A stretch of DNA of 64,000 bases from an uncultured delta proteobacterium (GCA_963745035.1 CAVUVW010000026.1:32001-96000), one strand, 5' to 3'. Numbered from the stretch's first letter, positions 20,255 to 32,211 are shown. Notes: generated by a model not told the origin, from the letters alone. A program made the numbers and translations.

Positions 20255-21764
20255 ATGAGCGTCATTCAGTTCGCCGATGAGAACATGCCGTCGAACGAGC
20301 GCGGCAAGCCGTGGAACGTTGAGCCAGCATCAGCGCACGGTGCTTGCCCGCATGTACGCGCGGCACTACTCCATCCGGCTTGGAGCGAAACAAAAAGTCG
20401 GGAAAGACTTTTCTCGCCGCTGTCATTGCGATCTGGGAGGCGGTCACGAATCCGGACAGCGAGGTAGTGTGCTGCGCCAACGATGAAGAGCAGGCGGTGA
20501 GCCGGGTTTTCGCAACCGTCTGCGCGCTCATAAGGCACAACCCCGAGCTCGCGGCGTCGGCAACGGTGCTGGCAACGCAAATCAAGTTCACGAACGGCTC
20601 TGTGATTAAAGCTGTGAGCAGCGATTACAAGGGCCAAGCGGGAGGCCGGCAGCGGCTCACGATTTTTGACGAACTTTGGGCTTACGATTCGGAGCGTGCA
20701 ACGCGGCTCTTCGAGGAAATGACACCGCCTCCAACGGAAGAAGGCGCTTACATGCTGATTGTCTCCTATGCCGGATTCACTGGCGAAGGTGAATTGCTGG
20801 AAAATCTTTACAAGCGCGGACTCAAGGGCAGACGCGTTCACAAGTCGCTCGAGTGCTACCGGGCGCAAGGCCTGTTCATATTCTGGAGCCACAAGCCCCG
20901 CATGCCGTGGCAACTCGGAGCCGAGGGGCGCGCTACTACGAAGAGCAGAAGAAAATTCTCCGCCCCGGAACGTATCTCCGCCTGCATGAAAATCGTTGGG
21001 TGAGCAGCGAGGATAGATTCATCACCGATGAAGCATGGAGCGCTTGCGTTGACCCCGACCGAACGCCTGTTCTCTGCCGACAAGCGCCTTGATGTTTTTG
21101 TCGGCCTGGATCTTGGCATCAAGCACGATAGCACCGGGCGGGTTTGCGTCGCTTACGACCGGGCGGCGAACAAAGTTGTCATCGTCTCTCATCGGCTCTG
21201 GAGGCCGGGAAGGGGCCACAGCGTTTCTCTTGCCGATGTAGAGGCGGACTTGCTGGAGTTGAGAGAGAAGTTTCGCGTGAGGAAAATTCTCTGCGACCCG
21301 TGGCAGGCACTCGGCTTGATTGAGCGGCTCAAGCACGTCTTCGGCGATGCTATCGGGGAGTTCCCGCAGAGTGTCGGGAATTTGACCGCGTGCGGCGAGA
21401 CGCTCTACGACCTCATCCGCTCGCGCAACTTGGTCGAGCTATCCGGACCCGGACTTGAGAAGCCACGTGACGGCAGCGGTAGGCGTCGAGAGCGCGAGAG
21501 GCTTTCGGCTGTCGAAGGAAACGGCGAGCCGGAAAATTGACTTGTGCGTTGCTCTCTCAATGGCCTGCGTCGGCGCTTTGCAGAATTCCAAGCCGGTAGC
21601 AAACCCGAACGCGCAACCGATCGGCGTCGGTCGCGGCATTGGTCACGACTATACGCCGGGCGTTCGGCTCAACGTTGACGCAACCGTTCCCGGAGGCTCC
21701 ACTTCGGTCCCGCTCCGGACGAAGAGCGACCCGGCAAAGGAGGGGCTTGGCTGTACGGATTTAA
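20255..21764 (+). CDS. terL: Terminase large subunit of element 1 (several frameshifts; end approximate)
   Basis: KKSGKT Walker A, TIFDELW Walker B, SYAG coupling motif, FVGLDLGIKHD, ILCDPWQ, KIDLCVALSMA. Confidence 0.85.
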
Positions 21765-21857
21765 TTTTTACACCGAGAAAGAGTGAGGAGGCGATGAACG
21801 ATTTTACAATCACCATGATAGTCGAGTACGACAAAAATCATAGGAGGTATAAGGAGG

Positions 21858-22340
21858 ATGATGAAAAAAAACAAACCGAAGGCGCAACCAGTCGAAGCCG
21901 ACCCGCTCGCGAGAGCCGAGGCGTTGCTCAAGGAGTTCAAAGCCCAAGCTGACACCGCCATTCTGTCGGTCAATAGTGCTGTCGGCCGTGAGGCCCACAA
22001 TGCCGCAGTTGAGGAAGCCATACCTGTATGCCGTAGGTCCTACGCGTTTGGGTACGCGCTGTCACAAATAACAAGGAACACTCTTTACCGAGTCTCAGAC
22101 AAGCCATTAAGAGAACTGAAAATCCAATCCCGCTCGATAATGCTCCCACCAGCCGCATTGCCGGATGAGGCCCTCGAAGTTCTGGAAGCGCTCAAGACCA
22201 CAATGCCGCCGCCAAAAGTATTCGAGGGCGAGGCGGAATATCAGCAATGGCTCAAAGACAACGGAATGCACGAGGTTATCGAAGAGGACGAATACCGATC
22301 GCAAACTGCGCAGCGGAGCAAATTTCCGAGCACGGACTAA
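21858..22340 (+). CDS. Hypothetical protein
   Basis: 160-aa ORF after AGGAGG. Confidence 0.55.
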   Translation: MMKKNKPKAQPVEADPLARAEALLKEFKAQADTAILSVNSAVGREAHNAAVEEAIPVCRRSYAFGYALSQITRNTLYRVSDKPLRELKIQSRSIMLPPAALPDEALEVLEALKTTMPPPKVFEGEAEYQQWLKDNGMHEVIEEDEYRSQTAQRSKFPSTD

Positions 22341-22980
22341 ACTAGATGGGAGGTATTATATGAAAGCCCTCGATAGATTTGCCGAAGAGACTCGTAAGCG
22401 TGTTATTGCAGCGATAAACTGCAGAACAGAAGAGATCGCCCGCCGTGACAATCTCGATCTTAAACAGCCCAGCCGATCTTGTGAAGTGCATACTCAAGAG
22501 TTCTGCACTGAGGATCGGGGTTTGTATAATCTCTATCGGCGCGTGTTCAGCGTGCCTGTTCGGGAGGTTTCGTTGATTGAGTGAAACGGCTTCTCCCTAG
22601 AGGTGCTAGTCTTGCCTGCTGTTCGACGTATCGTTGAACTGACGCGTCGTTCAGTTCAAAGCAATGAAACAAATTTATTGCGAGTGCACGCGCAATGTCA
22701 GTGCTAGTGGGCAACTTGATTCGGAATCAAGTACATTCCGATGCGTCGGGAATCAAGCCAACGCCTACGCCGGAGCTTCCGCTTGAGCGCCAGCCAATGC
22801 GATCTCTTCTCGACAGACCATAACCACGTCTTGCGGGTTTATTTCGTCATTCCTGCAAAGAACCCGACACAGGTCAGCGGGTGGTGCCCAGCGTGCGATG
22901 TTGTTCTGGAGAAAAATCGCTTGTGTACGTCGCGACTCCCGCCAAAAGATTCTGTCTAGGCCGCGTTATTTAGCCGCCTG

Positions 22981-24471
22981 CTAAAGCGGAGGCTGCTTTG
23001 GCGTCACCGTATCGGTCAGCGTCTTTAAGTATGACACGAGCGCTGCCTCTTCGTTTGCAGTGAGCCCAAGGTTTCCCAGCAGGCCGAAATTCCCAGCTTG
23101 ATTAGGGGTATCAAACTCTGGAGCCGGCCAGCAGTTTCGCGACATTGCCTGGGCTGCCGACGTACCCGCTGGGCAAGCCAAGGGATCCCGTAACAACGTT
23201 GCCGTATTGTAGAAATGCACGACTTGCTCCAGTGACTTGAAGTAGCCGTTGTGCATATAGGACTTCGGAAACACGTTGCCGCGGCGCTTGTCTACATTGC
23301 GCAGCGTCGGAGTTTTGACATGCCCAGCAAATGGGGTCGCGTTAGGGTTAGCAGAATTGAATACAGCATCAGGATCCGTATGGCCGAGCAATCCGGTGTC
23401 CGGATCGTTCCGATCGAAGTTTTCTATTTCGAAATTGGCCGGCAACCCGATGTGGTGATACGCAAAATCGGAATAAATCTGATTTAGTTCATTACCAACG
23501 GAAGCGGCGCCATGGCTGTTGTGGCAGGCGGCGCAGCCTGCATTCTTTGGGACGAGGGCACCCTGACCATTGTCGACAAGTCTGTTCAGCTTTGAATCAT
23601 TCTTGCCGTGAAATAGGTCACGTCCTAGATTCTCCAGGTTGGTTAAGTTGGGGAGAGGGAAAACTCCGCCTTTCCTGATTCCCTGATCGCGTTTGGAGCT
23701 GAACGAGTTGACTTCATCGGAATGCTGCCAGGCTGCAATCGCCAGAGCGATGCGCTTAAAGCTGATGGCCACATTGGCTGCGCCACAGTCGATCGCCTCG
23801 CCCCAAGCTTTTGTAAAAAGCTCGGCGTACTTCGCCGACTGGACATGCCGACAGACAGCTCCGGCCCCGGGCAGTCCACCATCGTTTCCGTCAGGAACAT
23901 TCTGCTCGACATCGTTAGGAAACGGCCCTAGCGCTTGGTCCGCGACCGGCCCGATGAAACCACCGTAGGCCGACTTTTGTGCCTCGGTATCGAAGATGTC
24001 AACACCGACATGCGCCGTTGCTCCTGTTCCCGTGACGTTCGGGAGAGCAATCAAGGCAGTCGCGTTGCCTTCGGCGCGACCGTCCCAAAAAACGCCGCCA
24101 AAACACGCAAATCCTAAACCTTGCCTACAAGAGTCGACGGGGTCGGGGACATTCGGGTTGGTCGCAGGCCGGGTGCCAAACGGCGGACTGAAGCTTGCGT
24201 ACGCATTGCTGGGCGGCTTACGTCCGCCGACGGTGTGAGGGTTGGCGCCCGGTATGGCCACACCTTTCTTGTTGATGGCGGCGACTCCGCCAGTCCAGCC
24301 ATTGTCCGGTACGTGACAGGTTGAACACGACTGGCGCGGCGGATTAGAAATATTGTCGAAGAAAACACGCTTGCCTAAATCTTGTAGGGCCGGGATGTCC
24401 TGCGCCATGGCAGACCCATTCAACAGCAGTAACAACACACCAGCAGATACGCCGAGTCTCGCGCTGTTCAT
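22981..24471 (-). CDS. Di-heme cytochrome c peroxidase/MauG family protein (cargo)
   Basis: Signal peptide, CSTCH and CAACH heme motifs, FWDGRA, KTPTLRNV, YMHNGYFKSL. Confidence 0.9.
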   Translation of the reverse strand: MNSARLGVSAGVLLLLLNGSAMAQDIPALQDLGKRVFFDNISNPPRQSCSTCHVPDNGWTGGVAAINKKGVAIPGANPHTVGGRKPPSNAYASFSPPFGTRPATNPNVPDPVDSCRQGLGFACFGGVFWDGRAEGNATALIALPNVTGTGATAHVGVDIFDTEAQKSAYGGFIGPVADQALGPFPNDVEQNVPDGNDGGLPGAGAVCRHVQSAKYAELFTKAWGEAIDCGAANVAISFKRIALAIAAWQHSDEVNSFSSKRDQGIRKGGVFPLPNLTNLENLGRDLFHGKNDSKLNRLVDNGQGALVPKNAGCAACHNSHGAASVGNELNQIYSDFAYHHIGLPANFEIENFDRNDPDTGLLGHTDPDAVFNSANPNATPFAGHVKTPTLRNVDKRRGNVFPKSYMHNGYFKSLEQVVHFYNTATLLRDPLACPAGTSAAQAMSRNCWPAPEFDTPNQAGNFGLLGNLGLTANEEAALVSYLKTLTDTVTPKQPPL

Positions 24472-24746
24472 ATTCTCTCTCCCTTCTTTGCGACTCTAGC
24501 CTTTGATAAAGACCGAAACAAGCGCGATTCGATCTGTCAGAGATAAAATCTATTCGATTTTTAAGCGGGATTTTTGACCGACAAGTAATGGCAAAGCTAA
24601 ATGGTCTTCACGCCTGAAATGAACTCAGAACACCTGGGGTGACGCCTTGTCTCAGGAGCATGGCTCAGCATCGGTCCGTTGCCATTGTTTTGAAGACTCA
24701 CGCACAACCCAGGGCTATCGTTCGAGGCCGGAGAGTGGATCGCGGG

Positions 24747-25022
24747 TTAAATGTCCAGATTACCTAGTTCATGCAGGGTCATCTTCGGTTTTTGTTCGAT
24801 CATCCGTATTGCTTGATCTAAAAGGTGCGGACCGATGTCCAGCAAGGAACGACACTCCGACCCACCGGTCTTCTTCAGGGTAATTACGATGCACTCTATG
24901 GCGCCGTGCTCTCGTTTGGCGCTGATAACGATGTCGCTTAACCCCGGCTGTACGTCACTGTCGCGGGCTGAGCTTGGGACCGCGTATGGCGGCCAAAATC
25001 CTACTCGGTGCTTTAGCTTCAC
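24747..25022 (-). CDS. Hypothetical protein (MKL..WPP family)
   Basis: Paralog of 25133..25453 and 37346..37621. Confidence 0.55.
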   Translation of the reverse strand: MKLKHRVGFWPPYAVPSSARDSDVQPGLSDIVISAKREHGAIECIVITLKKTGGSECRSLLDIGPHLLDQAIRMIEQKPKMTLHELGNLDI

Positions 25023-25132
25023 AGATGTGGCCGCTAAACGCGGATTTCAAATAAATGGCCCTTGAAAGCTCGCAACTCTCAGAGACTGAAAATCCAAAAC
25101 GTCTACCATGTTCCATCGGAAAGCCCACGTTC

Positions 25133-25453
25133 TCATGCTATCAGCGTATTGCTAATGCTAGGGTCATCAGGCAAGTCAAGCTCGCCGATCTCACCTATAG
25201 GCTTACCAATGTTCTTTTGAAGCACGGCATAAATTGTCCGGCAAACATTGGGATTTTTGCACAACAGGGTGCCCATGTAGGTTTCATCACCGATTTGAAC
25301 CATAAGATAACAAATCATGATTGGATTAAGCCGAGAGAGCTCGATTTCTATCAGCGTGGCAGAATCTGGGAGTGCTTTTTTCTCATGTGATCCCGACATT
25401 GAGAGCCAGATAGGCGGCCACGCGCGTAGTCCAGGGTGTTTTCGTAGTTTCAT
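25133..25453 (-). CDS. Hypothetical protein (MKL..WPP family)
   Basis: MKLRKHPGLRAWPPIW...IGKPIGEIGELDL. Confidence 0.6.
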   Translation of the reverse strand: MKLRKHPGLRAWPPIWLSMSGSHEKKALPDSATLIEIELSRLNPIMICYLMVQIGDETYMGTLLCKNPNVCRTIYAVLQKNIGKPIGEIGELDLPDDPSISNTLIA

Positions 25454-25959
25454 TACGCGCCGATTAGCAAAAATCACGCGCGGGTGTCAAGAGATGCGGA
25501 AATTATCACAAACCCGACAATAGGTAGCTAAAGAATTTGGCGGGGAACCAGAGAATTGTTGAAAGACTATCGCGAAATTGTCGCGAACATAATGTTTTCG
25601 TAAAGAGTCAAACCTGACATCGCGTATAGCAGCGCCGCTTCTAGTTTATATCGACAACGACAACAGGAGGGCGCGCGTCATGGAAACCTTTTGCAAAGCC
25701 GTCCTAGCCACCCTTACATTCCTGCATTCAATGGCTACGATGTACGGCGGCGTTAGCTGGTGGGCGGAGCGGGGAGCTACGATCGGCCGGCGAACCTACG
25801 AGACGGAGCTAAAATCCAAGCCGTGCTCACTGACTTCGTCAGTCGGACATTTGTCAAATTCAGACGGGCCGCACACCGTCAACAGTTGATCATTTAGGCT
25901 TTGGCCAGGTGCCATGAAAATCATGTCGGCGAGTTGATATTCAATCTCTCTTGCCTCAT

Positions 25960-26693
25960 CGGAAGAAACGCTGATTGACGGCGAAGTCGTCGCGATCGGC
26001 GCCGACGGCAAGGTGTCGTTCAATGCGCTGCAGCACAGCCAAAGCGGAGCGCACCTGCAATTCTATGTTTTCGATCTTTTGGTTGACCGCGGTGAAAGCA
26101 CTCTACGGCTGCCGCTGGAGAAACGCCGGGAACGGCTAGAGGCCGCGCTCGCCAAGGTCGAATACCCTGTGATCCAGTCGAGTCCGTTCGACGCCAAGCC
26201 CGCCGATCTCATCCGCGCGGCGCACCAGCTCGGCATGGAGGGCGTTGTCGCCAAGCGCAAAGGATCGCTCTATGAGCCGGGCCGGCGCAGCGGCGCATGG
26301 CTCAAGTACAAGATCAATAAAAGCCAGGAGTTTGTCATCGGCGGGTATACCCACGGTCATCCCTTCGACGCGCTCATCGGCGGAGTCTACGAGGGCGGCG
26401 CGCTCAAGTTCGTGGAGAAGGTACGCGCCGGCTTTGTCGGCCGCATGCGCGCCGATCTCCACGCGTTGATGAAGCCCCTCGTGATCGAGACGTGCCCCTT
26501 CGTGAACCTGCCCGAGAAGCGGCGCACAGCGTGGTCACTTACCGCTGAAGAAATGAAAAACTGTTGCTGGGTGCGCCCCGAGCTCGTCGCCCAGATCGAG
26601 TTCAACGAATGGACGCCCGACGGGCATCTCCGTCACTCAAGTTTTGTCGGTGTGCGCGAAGACAAAGACCCGCCCACCGTTGTGCGGGAATAG
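25960..26693 (+). pseudogene. ATP-dependent DNA ligase (LigD ligase/OB domain), N-terminally truncated
   Basis: LIDGEVVA, FYVFDLL, EGVVAKR..S.YEPGRRS..WLKYK, EWTPDGHLRHSSF; adenylation KxDG motif not found. Confidence 0.8.
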
Positions 26694-26806
26694 GTGTAGC
26701 TTCGTAGCCTACCCCAGTTTACGGCCGGCGAGCATTCACGATTTTTCCCGCAAGGGTGTGCCCCGCCACCCTCCCGGCAGAAGTTCTTGTTGCATAACAA
26801 CGAAAA

Positions 26807-27106
26807 ATGAAAACACGCCTCGCGGCCGCGTTTGAAGATGCCCGTCTGGAATCTCCCGAGCGCGCATTGTGGAGTGCCGTTATCGAGCAGGCGCTCATGG
26901 ATCAAAACTCCATCAACGAGAAAGTGAAGGATGCGGCGCGGCGCTGGCTCCGCTCAAATCAAACGCACCCCGGCTCTTTTGCGTGGTGCGCCGATATGCT
27001 CGGCCTGAATTGCGGCGCCGTGCGGAAGGCTCTCAGCGAAAAACATTCCAAACGCATTTATTCAATCGGTCGAGTCCACACCGGCGAGCCGAGAGCGTCG
27101 CTTTAA
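26807..27106 (+). CDS. Hypothetical protein
   Basis: PERALWSAVIEQALMD...ARRWL...SFAWCADMLGL. Confidence 0.6.
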   Translation: MKTRLAAAFEDARLESPERALWSAVIEQALMDQNSINEKVKDAARRWLRSNQTHPGSFAWCADMLGLNCGAVRKALSEKHSKRIYSIGRVHTGEPRASL

Positions 27107-27740
27107 ATTGCATAAAAGACGCCAGAGCGGGCGTTCTCAACGGGGCGCTATGCCTACTTTTGCCTGCAAGCCTAAGCGCGGTTCACTTCCTTCGGCTTAA
27201 GAAAATTTCTATTACGTCAGTCTTTTCTACCTTTGTGTGAGTCAGACGGACATACATAGGTAGGGCCTAAGTCTTTCTGTGTTGCAGCCTCCATGTCCTT
27301 CTTGAGCTCATCCGTCATCGGGGGCAACGCGCCAAGCGGATAATAATTACCGACCATCACGCCGTCCGGCGGGTCACGATCGTTCTGATAGAATGGTTTG
27401 ATTGAAAGGCCAAACCCCGTCGAAGTGTCCAAGCCAAAAACCATGCTTCCGGTGTCAAACTTGTGCGATTTTGTTGTCCAGCCGGGAGCAAAAAATTGTT
27501 TAGACACCGTCTCCCACTGTGGCTTGGTCAGGCTGAAGACATAATCTACTTCTTTCTTGCTTATAATGTTCTCTTGGGCACGGCTCACACCTGCGGCGGC
27601 GGCAAAAAAAACACCGAAGAAAAGAACAAAAGCGATTACGTAGGCAGAAAGCGCGCCCGGCAATTGCTGTTTCGTTTCGAAAATTAGTAGGTGTCCCTCT
27701 ACCAATTTTCGGTCTACCAGCTTTCTCTGTTTGAATGGTG

Positions 27741-27995
27741 TCAATAGCAAACCGCCAGGATCGCCGTCAGCGGACAGAAGAACGTCGCGCCTTTTTCCTG
27801 CCAGGTTGCCCCAGTGGCGCAGATTCCACCTTGGCCGCCGCCGTGTAGTACATCGTCGGCCTTGCCTTCGTGCCCTTGAATAAACTCGTAGGCATCCAAA
27901 CTGAAAGAGCTAGTACTGCCGCTGAACTCCACTTCGTGCCAGCCGTCGGCGAGCAACACCTGCGTCACGCGGTCAACGTCAATTGCCAGACTCAT
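27741..27995 (-). CDS. Hypothetical protein
   Basis: ATG after GGAGG; MSLAIDVDRVTQVLLADGWHEV. Confidence 0.55.
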   Translation of the reverse strand: MSLAIDVDRVTQVLLADGWHEVEFSGSTSSFSLDAYEFIQGHEGKADDVLHGGGQGGICATGATWQEKGATFFCPLTAILAVCY

Positions 27996-28188
27996 GTTTT
28001 TAAGCCCTCCGGTTGTTTCGTCCTGGACATTTCCTTGGGAGCAGCTCGGGAGCAATTTTCGGTGTCCCGAATGTCCCGAGCGTCCCGCTTGTCCTATCAA
28101 ACTGTGAGCTAAAAAAGTAGAAAAAACGGGAGCCTCCGAAGAAACTCCCGCTTTTCAGTGACTTGCGGAAAAGCCGCTCAGTTGCCTT

Positions 28189-29305
28189 TCACGCCGATAA
28201 CACGGGTTCAAATCCCGTCGGGGACGCCAAACTATTCAACGGCTTAGCGGGCGACTTGGCGAACACTTGGCGAGCTTCGTTCTTGTCCGGGTCCAGTTCG
28301 AGCTTCGCCGAGTAATGTTGCTCGATCATTGCAACCGACGTTCCGACATAGTCGCCGATCTCTTTCAGGTTGATGCCCCTTCTCACCATCTCCGTGATGA
28401 ACGTGTGGCGCGTGGCGTAAAATTTCCGTTTGGGAATTTCTAGCGCGGTCAAGATCCGGTCCCAGTAATCCAATCTGAAAAATGCAGCGTTGAGCGGCTC
28501 GCCGTGTTTGTTGAGGAAAACTTTGTCGGCATCGCTCGACCACGGGTGGCGCAGCGTTTCGATTACGTCCATCAATGCGCGGCTAATCGTTAGGGTGCGC
28601 CCGCTCTTGGTGGTCTTGGGATGGTCGCTGTCCTCGCCCATGTAACGAGATTTATTTATGCGCGCCGTTCTCGTCTCGACGTTGATGTCCGCCCATGTAA
28701 GCGCCACGGACTCGGACGGCCGAGCGCCGGTGTCGAACTGGAAGCGCACGAACGGGTAATAAAACGGCTCGTGCTCCAGGAACGCCTCCAGGATTTGCTC
28801 CTTCTCTTCGGCTGTCAAAGGGTAGGGCGGCTCGTGCTTCACCTTCGGCCAGCGCACGTCGATGAACGGGTCCTTGCCTTCCAGATCGCCGCCGATCTCC
28901 ACCCGGGCGTCACGAAACATGGCCCGGAAGCTCCCGTCGATGATGTTGCGGCAAGTCTTAATCGCGAGCCCCTTCTTGAGCAGGTCGGCCTGGAATGCGG
29001 TCAGCTCCTTGGTGCCGATATTGGACAGGCGATGCGTTTTTGAAGCGCGGCAGAATATAGGCGCGGAACGCTTGCTTGTAATCTCTCACCTGGGAGTGAC
29101 GCACCAGCGGCGGAACTTTCTTTTCAATCCATTCATCATAGAACTTTTCGACCGTGGGAGTCGGCCTCATGTCGAACTTGCCTTCGTTGTACTGCCGGAG
29201 GCGGGCCTCGGCCTCGCGCTTCGTTTTAGTCTTGAGCGACTTCTTGTAATAGCCGTCAATGAGATAATAAACGCCGTACTCGTTCGGCTTGATGTGTGCT
29301 GGCAT
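28189..29305 (-). CDS. Tyrosine integrase of element 2, frameshift near 29030
   Basis: FDTGARPSE..ALTWADI, KFYATRHTFIT, VGTSVAMIEQHY; reads through the att repeat. Confidence 0.9.
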
Positions 29306-29306
29306 G

Positions 29307-29444
29307 TTACTTCTTCCTCCGTCGCCGCTTCCTCTCCCTCGCCTCGACCATCGCCCGCGCCTGCTCAGGCGTCAAGGTGTGCGTTGCCTTCTTGCCGCCC
29401 TTGCTCCCAATCTTGGCCATGTACTCACGGATCTTTTTATCCAT
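29307..29444 (-). CDS. 45-aa basic KGG-motif protein
   Basis: MDKKIREYMAKIGSKGGKKATHTLTPEQARAMVEARERKRRRRKK; abuts the integrase start. Confidence 0.6.
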   Translation of the reverse strand: MDKKIREYMAKIGSKGGKKATHTLTPEQARAMVEARERKRRRRKK

Positions 29445-29474
29445 GCCATAACAGGTATCACAAGCCGCTTGCGC

Positions 29475-29735
29475 TTACAATGCCTTTTTTATGTCGATCA
29501 CTTCCGCCGATTCTGCTGGCTTTGACTTCGGCATTCCGACAATCAACTCCTGCTCGCTTATACCGAGTCCCCGGCAGATCCGCTGCAAGGCATCGAGCCT
29601 CGGCAGTTCGCCTCTGGCGAGCTTGGCGAAGTTCTTCGGCGACGTTCGGCAAATAGCGCTGGCATCGTTAAAGCCGTGACAACCCTTCTCACGGATTTTC
29701 TGCAGCACCAAGCCGATGTTGATGATCGCGTTCAT
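29475..29735 (-). CDS. XRE-type HTH protein
   Basis: ASAICRTSPKNFAKLARGELPRLDALQRICRGLGIS. Confidence 0.6.
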   Translation of the reverse strand: MNAIINIGLVLQKIREKGCHGFNDASAICRTSPKNFAKLARGELPRLDALQRICRGLGISEQELIVGMPKSKPAESAEVIDIKKAL

Positions 29736-29999
29736 TGCGGTAGGCCATCGGCGGCCATCAATGCCTTTGCCTCTTCCGGTGTGAGGATCCGACCACCGCC
29801 AAAGACGCGGAGCACATCGGCCGGCGTGATTCCTGGTATTGCGTCGGCCAACTGGCGAGCCCGGCAGCGGTCCTCGTCGGTCAATGGACGGCCATCGCGC
29901 CGGCGAGCTTGTGCACGGCCATCCGGAAACTTTCGGACTTCCAAATACAGATCATCATTCACGGCAAAAACTCCCACTCTTTTTTGGCGTCCCGGATTC

Positions 30000-30160
30000 G
30001 TGTCCCAGTACCTTCAAAAAACGATTCAGGTCCATTCGTGTCCCGTTCTAGTCCCGAACGCTTGGGACTAGAATTTTCCTGTTGTTTTTTCGTCGCTTGC
30101 GATGCATTTTTTGATTCGTGTCCCACGATTCCCCCTCTCATACTCTCCCCCTGGGACTAG
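30000..30160. repeat. Probable origin of element 2
   Basis: GTGTCCC x3, CTAGTCCC and TGGGACTAG x2 around AT-rich tracts directly downstream of the helicase. Confidence 0.55.
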
Positions 30161-31892
30161 AATGCTCTGAATGGCCATTTGGGAAGGACAGTTCACTGGC
30201 CAATCCGTAGCGGAATGGTCGATTCTTTTTTCCTTCTCCGTAGCGCTCAACTTCACCCGCTTTGTGCATCTGCCGAAGCACCTTGCTAACAACGATGGCC
30301 TTCACCGGAATGGCTGCGCGGATCTGCTTTTCGGTTAACTCTCCCTCTTCGCTTTCGAGCAGTTCGCGTAGCTGTGGTTTGGTGTCCTCGATTTCAGCAT
30401 CTTCGCGGTTGCTTTTAATTTCGAGCCATCCGAACCGGTCAAAGCCAATCGCCAGTTCCGGGAAGTTGCCTTTGCCGTGTCGCTGATCGGTTCGGAAGAT
30501 GCGCCGCGTCGATCCTGGTAAAAGCTTCAGGCGAAGATAGCTTTGCGCCTGCCCACGAATGGCTGTTGAGCCGATGGCGGAATCCAGGTCGCCGCGGTCT
30601 CCCTTGCCGGCGTGCAAAAAGAGCAGATGAACGTCTTTCGCCGAAGCAGCGTCGAGCATTGGCGCGCTTTTGTTCACCACTTCGGAGTAATCGTTAATGT
30701 TCTGAATTTTGAAAAATTTCTGGAAGGTATCGAGCACAATGAACTTGATTCTATGCACTTCGACTTGCGCCATTATCCAACGTAATTGCTCGGCGCCGGT
30801 CCGGTGCAGATAAAAGCGGGATCGGTTCTTTTGAGCCCGAGCGCCTTGAAGGCGTCTTTGATCTCCCGCGGCGGTCCGTCAAGATAGGCGTAGGCAACGG
30901 CGCATTGCTGGGTAGGACGGTCGAGGAACGGCAGCCCGCGCGCAATTGCCAGTGCAAGATTCGCGGCAAAAGTCGTTTTCCCTATTTTCGGCGGCGCTAC
31001 CAGGACTGACGAACCGGCTACGGGTAAGCATTCATTCCACCGCCACGCCATTGGGTCGTCTAGTTCGTCAAGAATCTGCTCGGCTGACTGAAACTCCGGC
31101 CAAATCTCAGCCTGTTTCTGTTGTGATGGTGATGGCTGCTTCGGCTCATATCGCCGGAAAGCGCTTTCGACTTTCTCCAAGGCGTTTCGCTCCGGAAATG
31201 GCGGTTCGCAATTTTTGGCGGCCTCGAGGATTAACGACTCGGCCATGTCGCGCGGCACATCGGCACGAGCGGAGCTTGCAGGCGAGTCTGAAAAGGGTGT
31301 CATCCCGCTCGCCCTCGGCTACACCCTGGAGCGCTTGGGCGGTGTTGAAGTGTTCGCGAAAGCCGTTGCTATTGATCGACGGAGACGGCGAGGAAACCAG
31401 ATTGAACAGCTCTGGCGGTAAATTGGGAAGCCCGGCGCTGATCGGCACTTCCCATACGTAGCTTTTCCCGGTCTCGTGAACGGATGGCGCCGTAACAACA
31501 TAGCCGCCATCGGCACGCACGTCGGTCTTGGGCAGGATTCCCGCGCGGGTTTGAATACTCCCGCCTGGATGCTTGAAAAACAGATGATAGCCGCCGCGGC
31601 CCGTTCTCACTCTCGGGACCGCTCCAAGGTCATAGTTCGGGACTAAAGCCTTGATTTTTTCTTTGGCTTCCGCGCTATCAAGGTCGATCACAACGGCATC
31701 CGAAACGGCGCCGGTAACTATGCCGACATTCGCAGTTGGCCAACTTTCAAACCAGTGCCGGATCATCGCTTCTGCCGGCGGCTCTTTTTGGTAGGACTCC
31801 CAGCTGATCAAAGGCTTTTTGTCCTTGGGCTTGATGGGGATGACGGAGAAGCCTTTACGGCGATATGCAAGGGCCTCGTCGAGGATCATCAC
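30138..31892 (-). CDS. Bifunctional Prim-Pol + PriCT + AAA_25 helicase, frameshifted
   Basis: GFSVIPI...KKPL..W, NVGIVTG, VIDLD, RTGRGGYHLFF, DVRADGGYVV.APS; EGERDDTLF; APPKIGKTT; IVLDT. Confidence 0.88.
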
Positions 31893-32146
31893 AAACCAGC
31901 GCGCACGGCTGTGAGGACGATTCGATACCGCCAGGTCGACAACACGCCGCCCTCGAAGAGTAGTCCAATGGCGTCATCGAGGAGTTTCTCGGCCTGCATG
32001 GGATCGCCACCGGCCGCGTAGAGAAAGATAAAGGCTATGTCGTCGAGCTTGCGGAGTTCGCGCAGGTGTTGGGCTTCCTGCTCGCGGGCTATTTCACGAT
32101 ACTCTTGGTCTTGCGGGGGAAATTGAAAAGCGCTATTAGCTTGCAT
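31889..32146 (-). CDS. Hypothetical protein
   Basis: 85-aa ORF coupled to Prim-Pol. Confidence 0.55.
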   Translation of the reverse strand: MQANSAFQFPPQDQEYREIAREQEAQHLRELRKLDDIAFIFLYAAGGDPMQAEKLLDDAIGLLFEGGVLSTWRYRIVLTAVRAGL

Positions 32147-32211
32147 CAGTTAAATCCTTTCGGAGTCGCGCTGGCGTATCCTGCCCAGGTTTCGCCACCG
32201 GCCCCTAATTT

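Larger units (their letters stand above)
13749..28232. mobile_element. Integrated element 1 (phage-satellite-like island) at tRNA-Glu
   Basis: 49-bp direct repeat 13749-13797 = 28184-28232; tyrosine integrase next to the tRNA; primase, origin, terminase genes. Confidence 0.9.
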
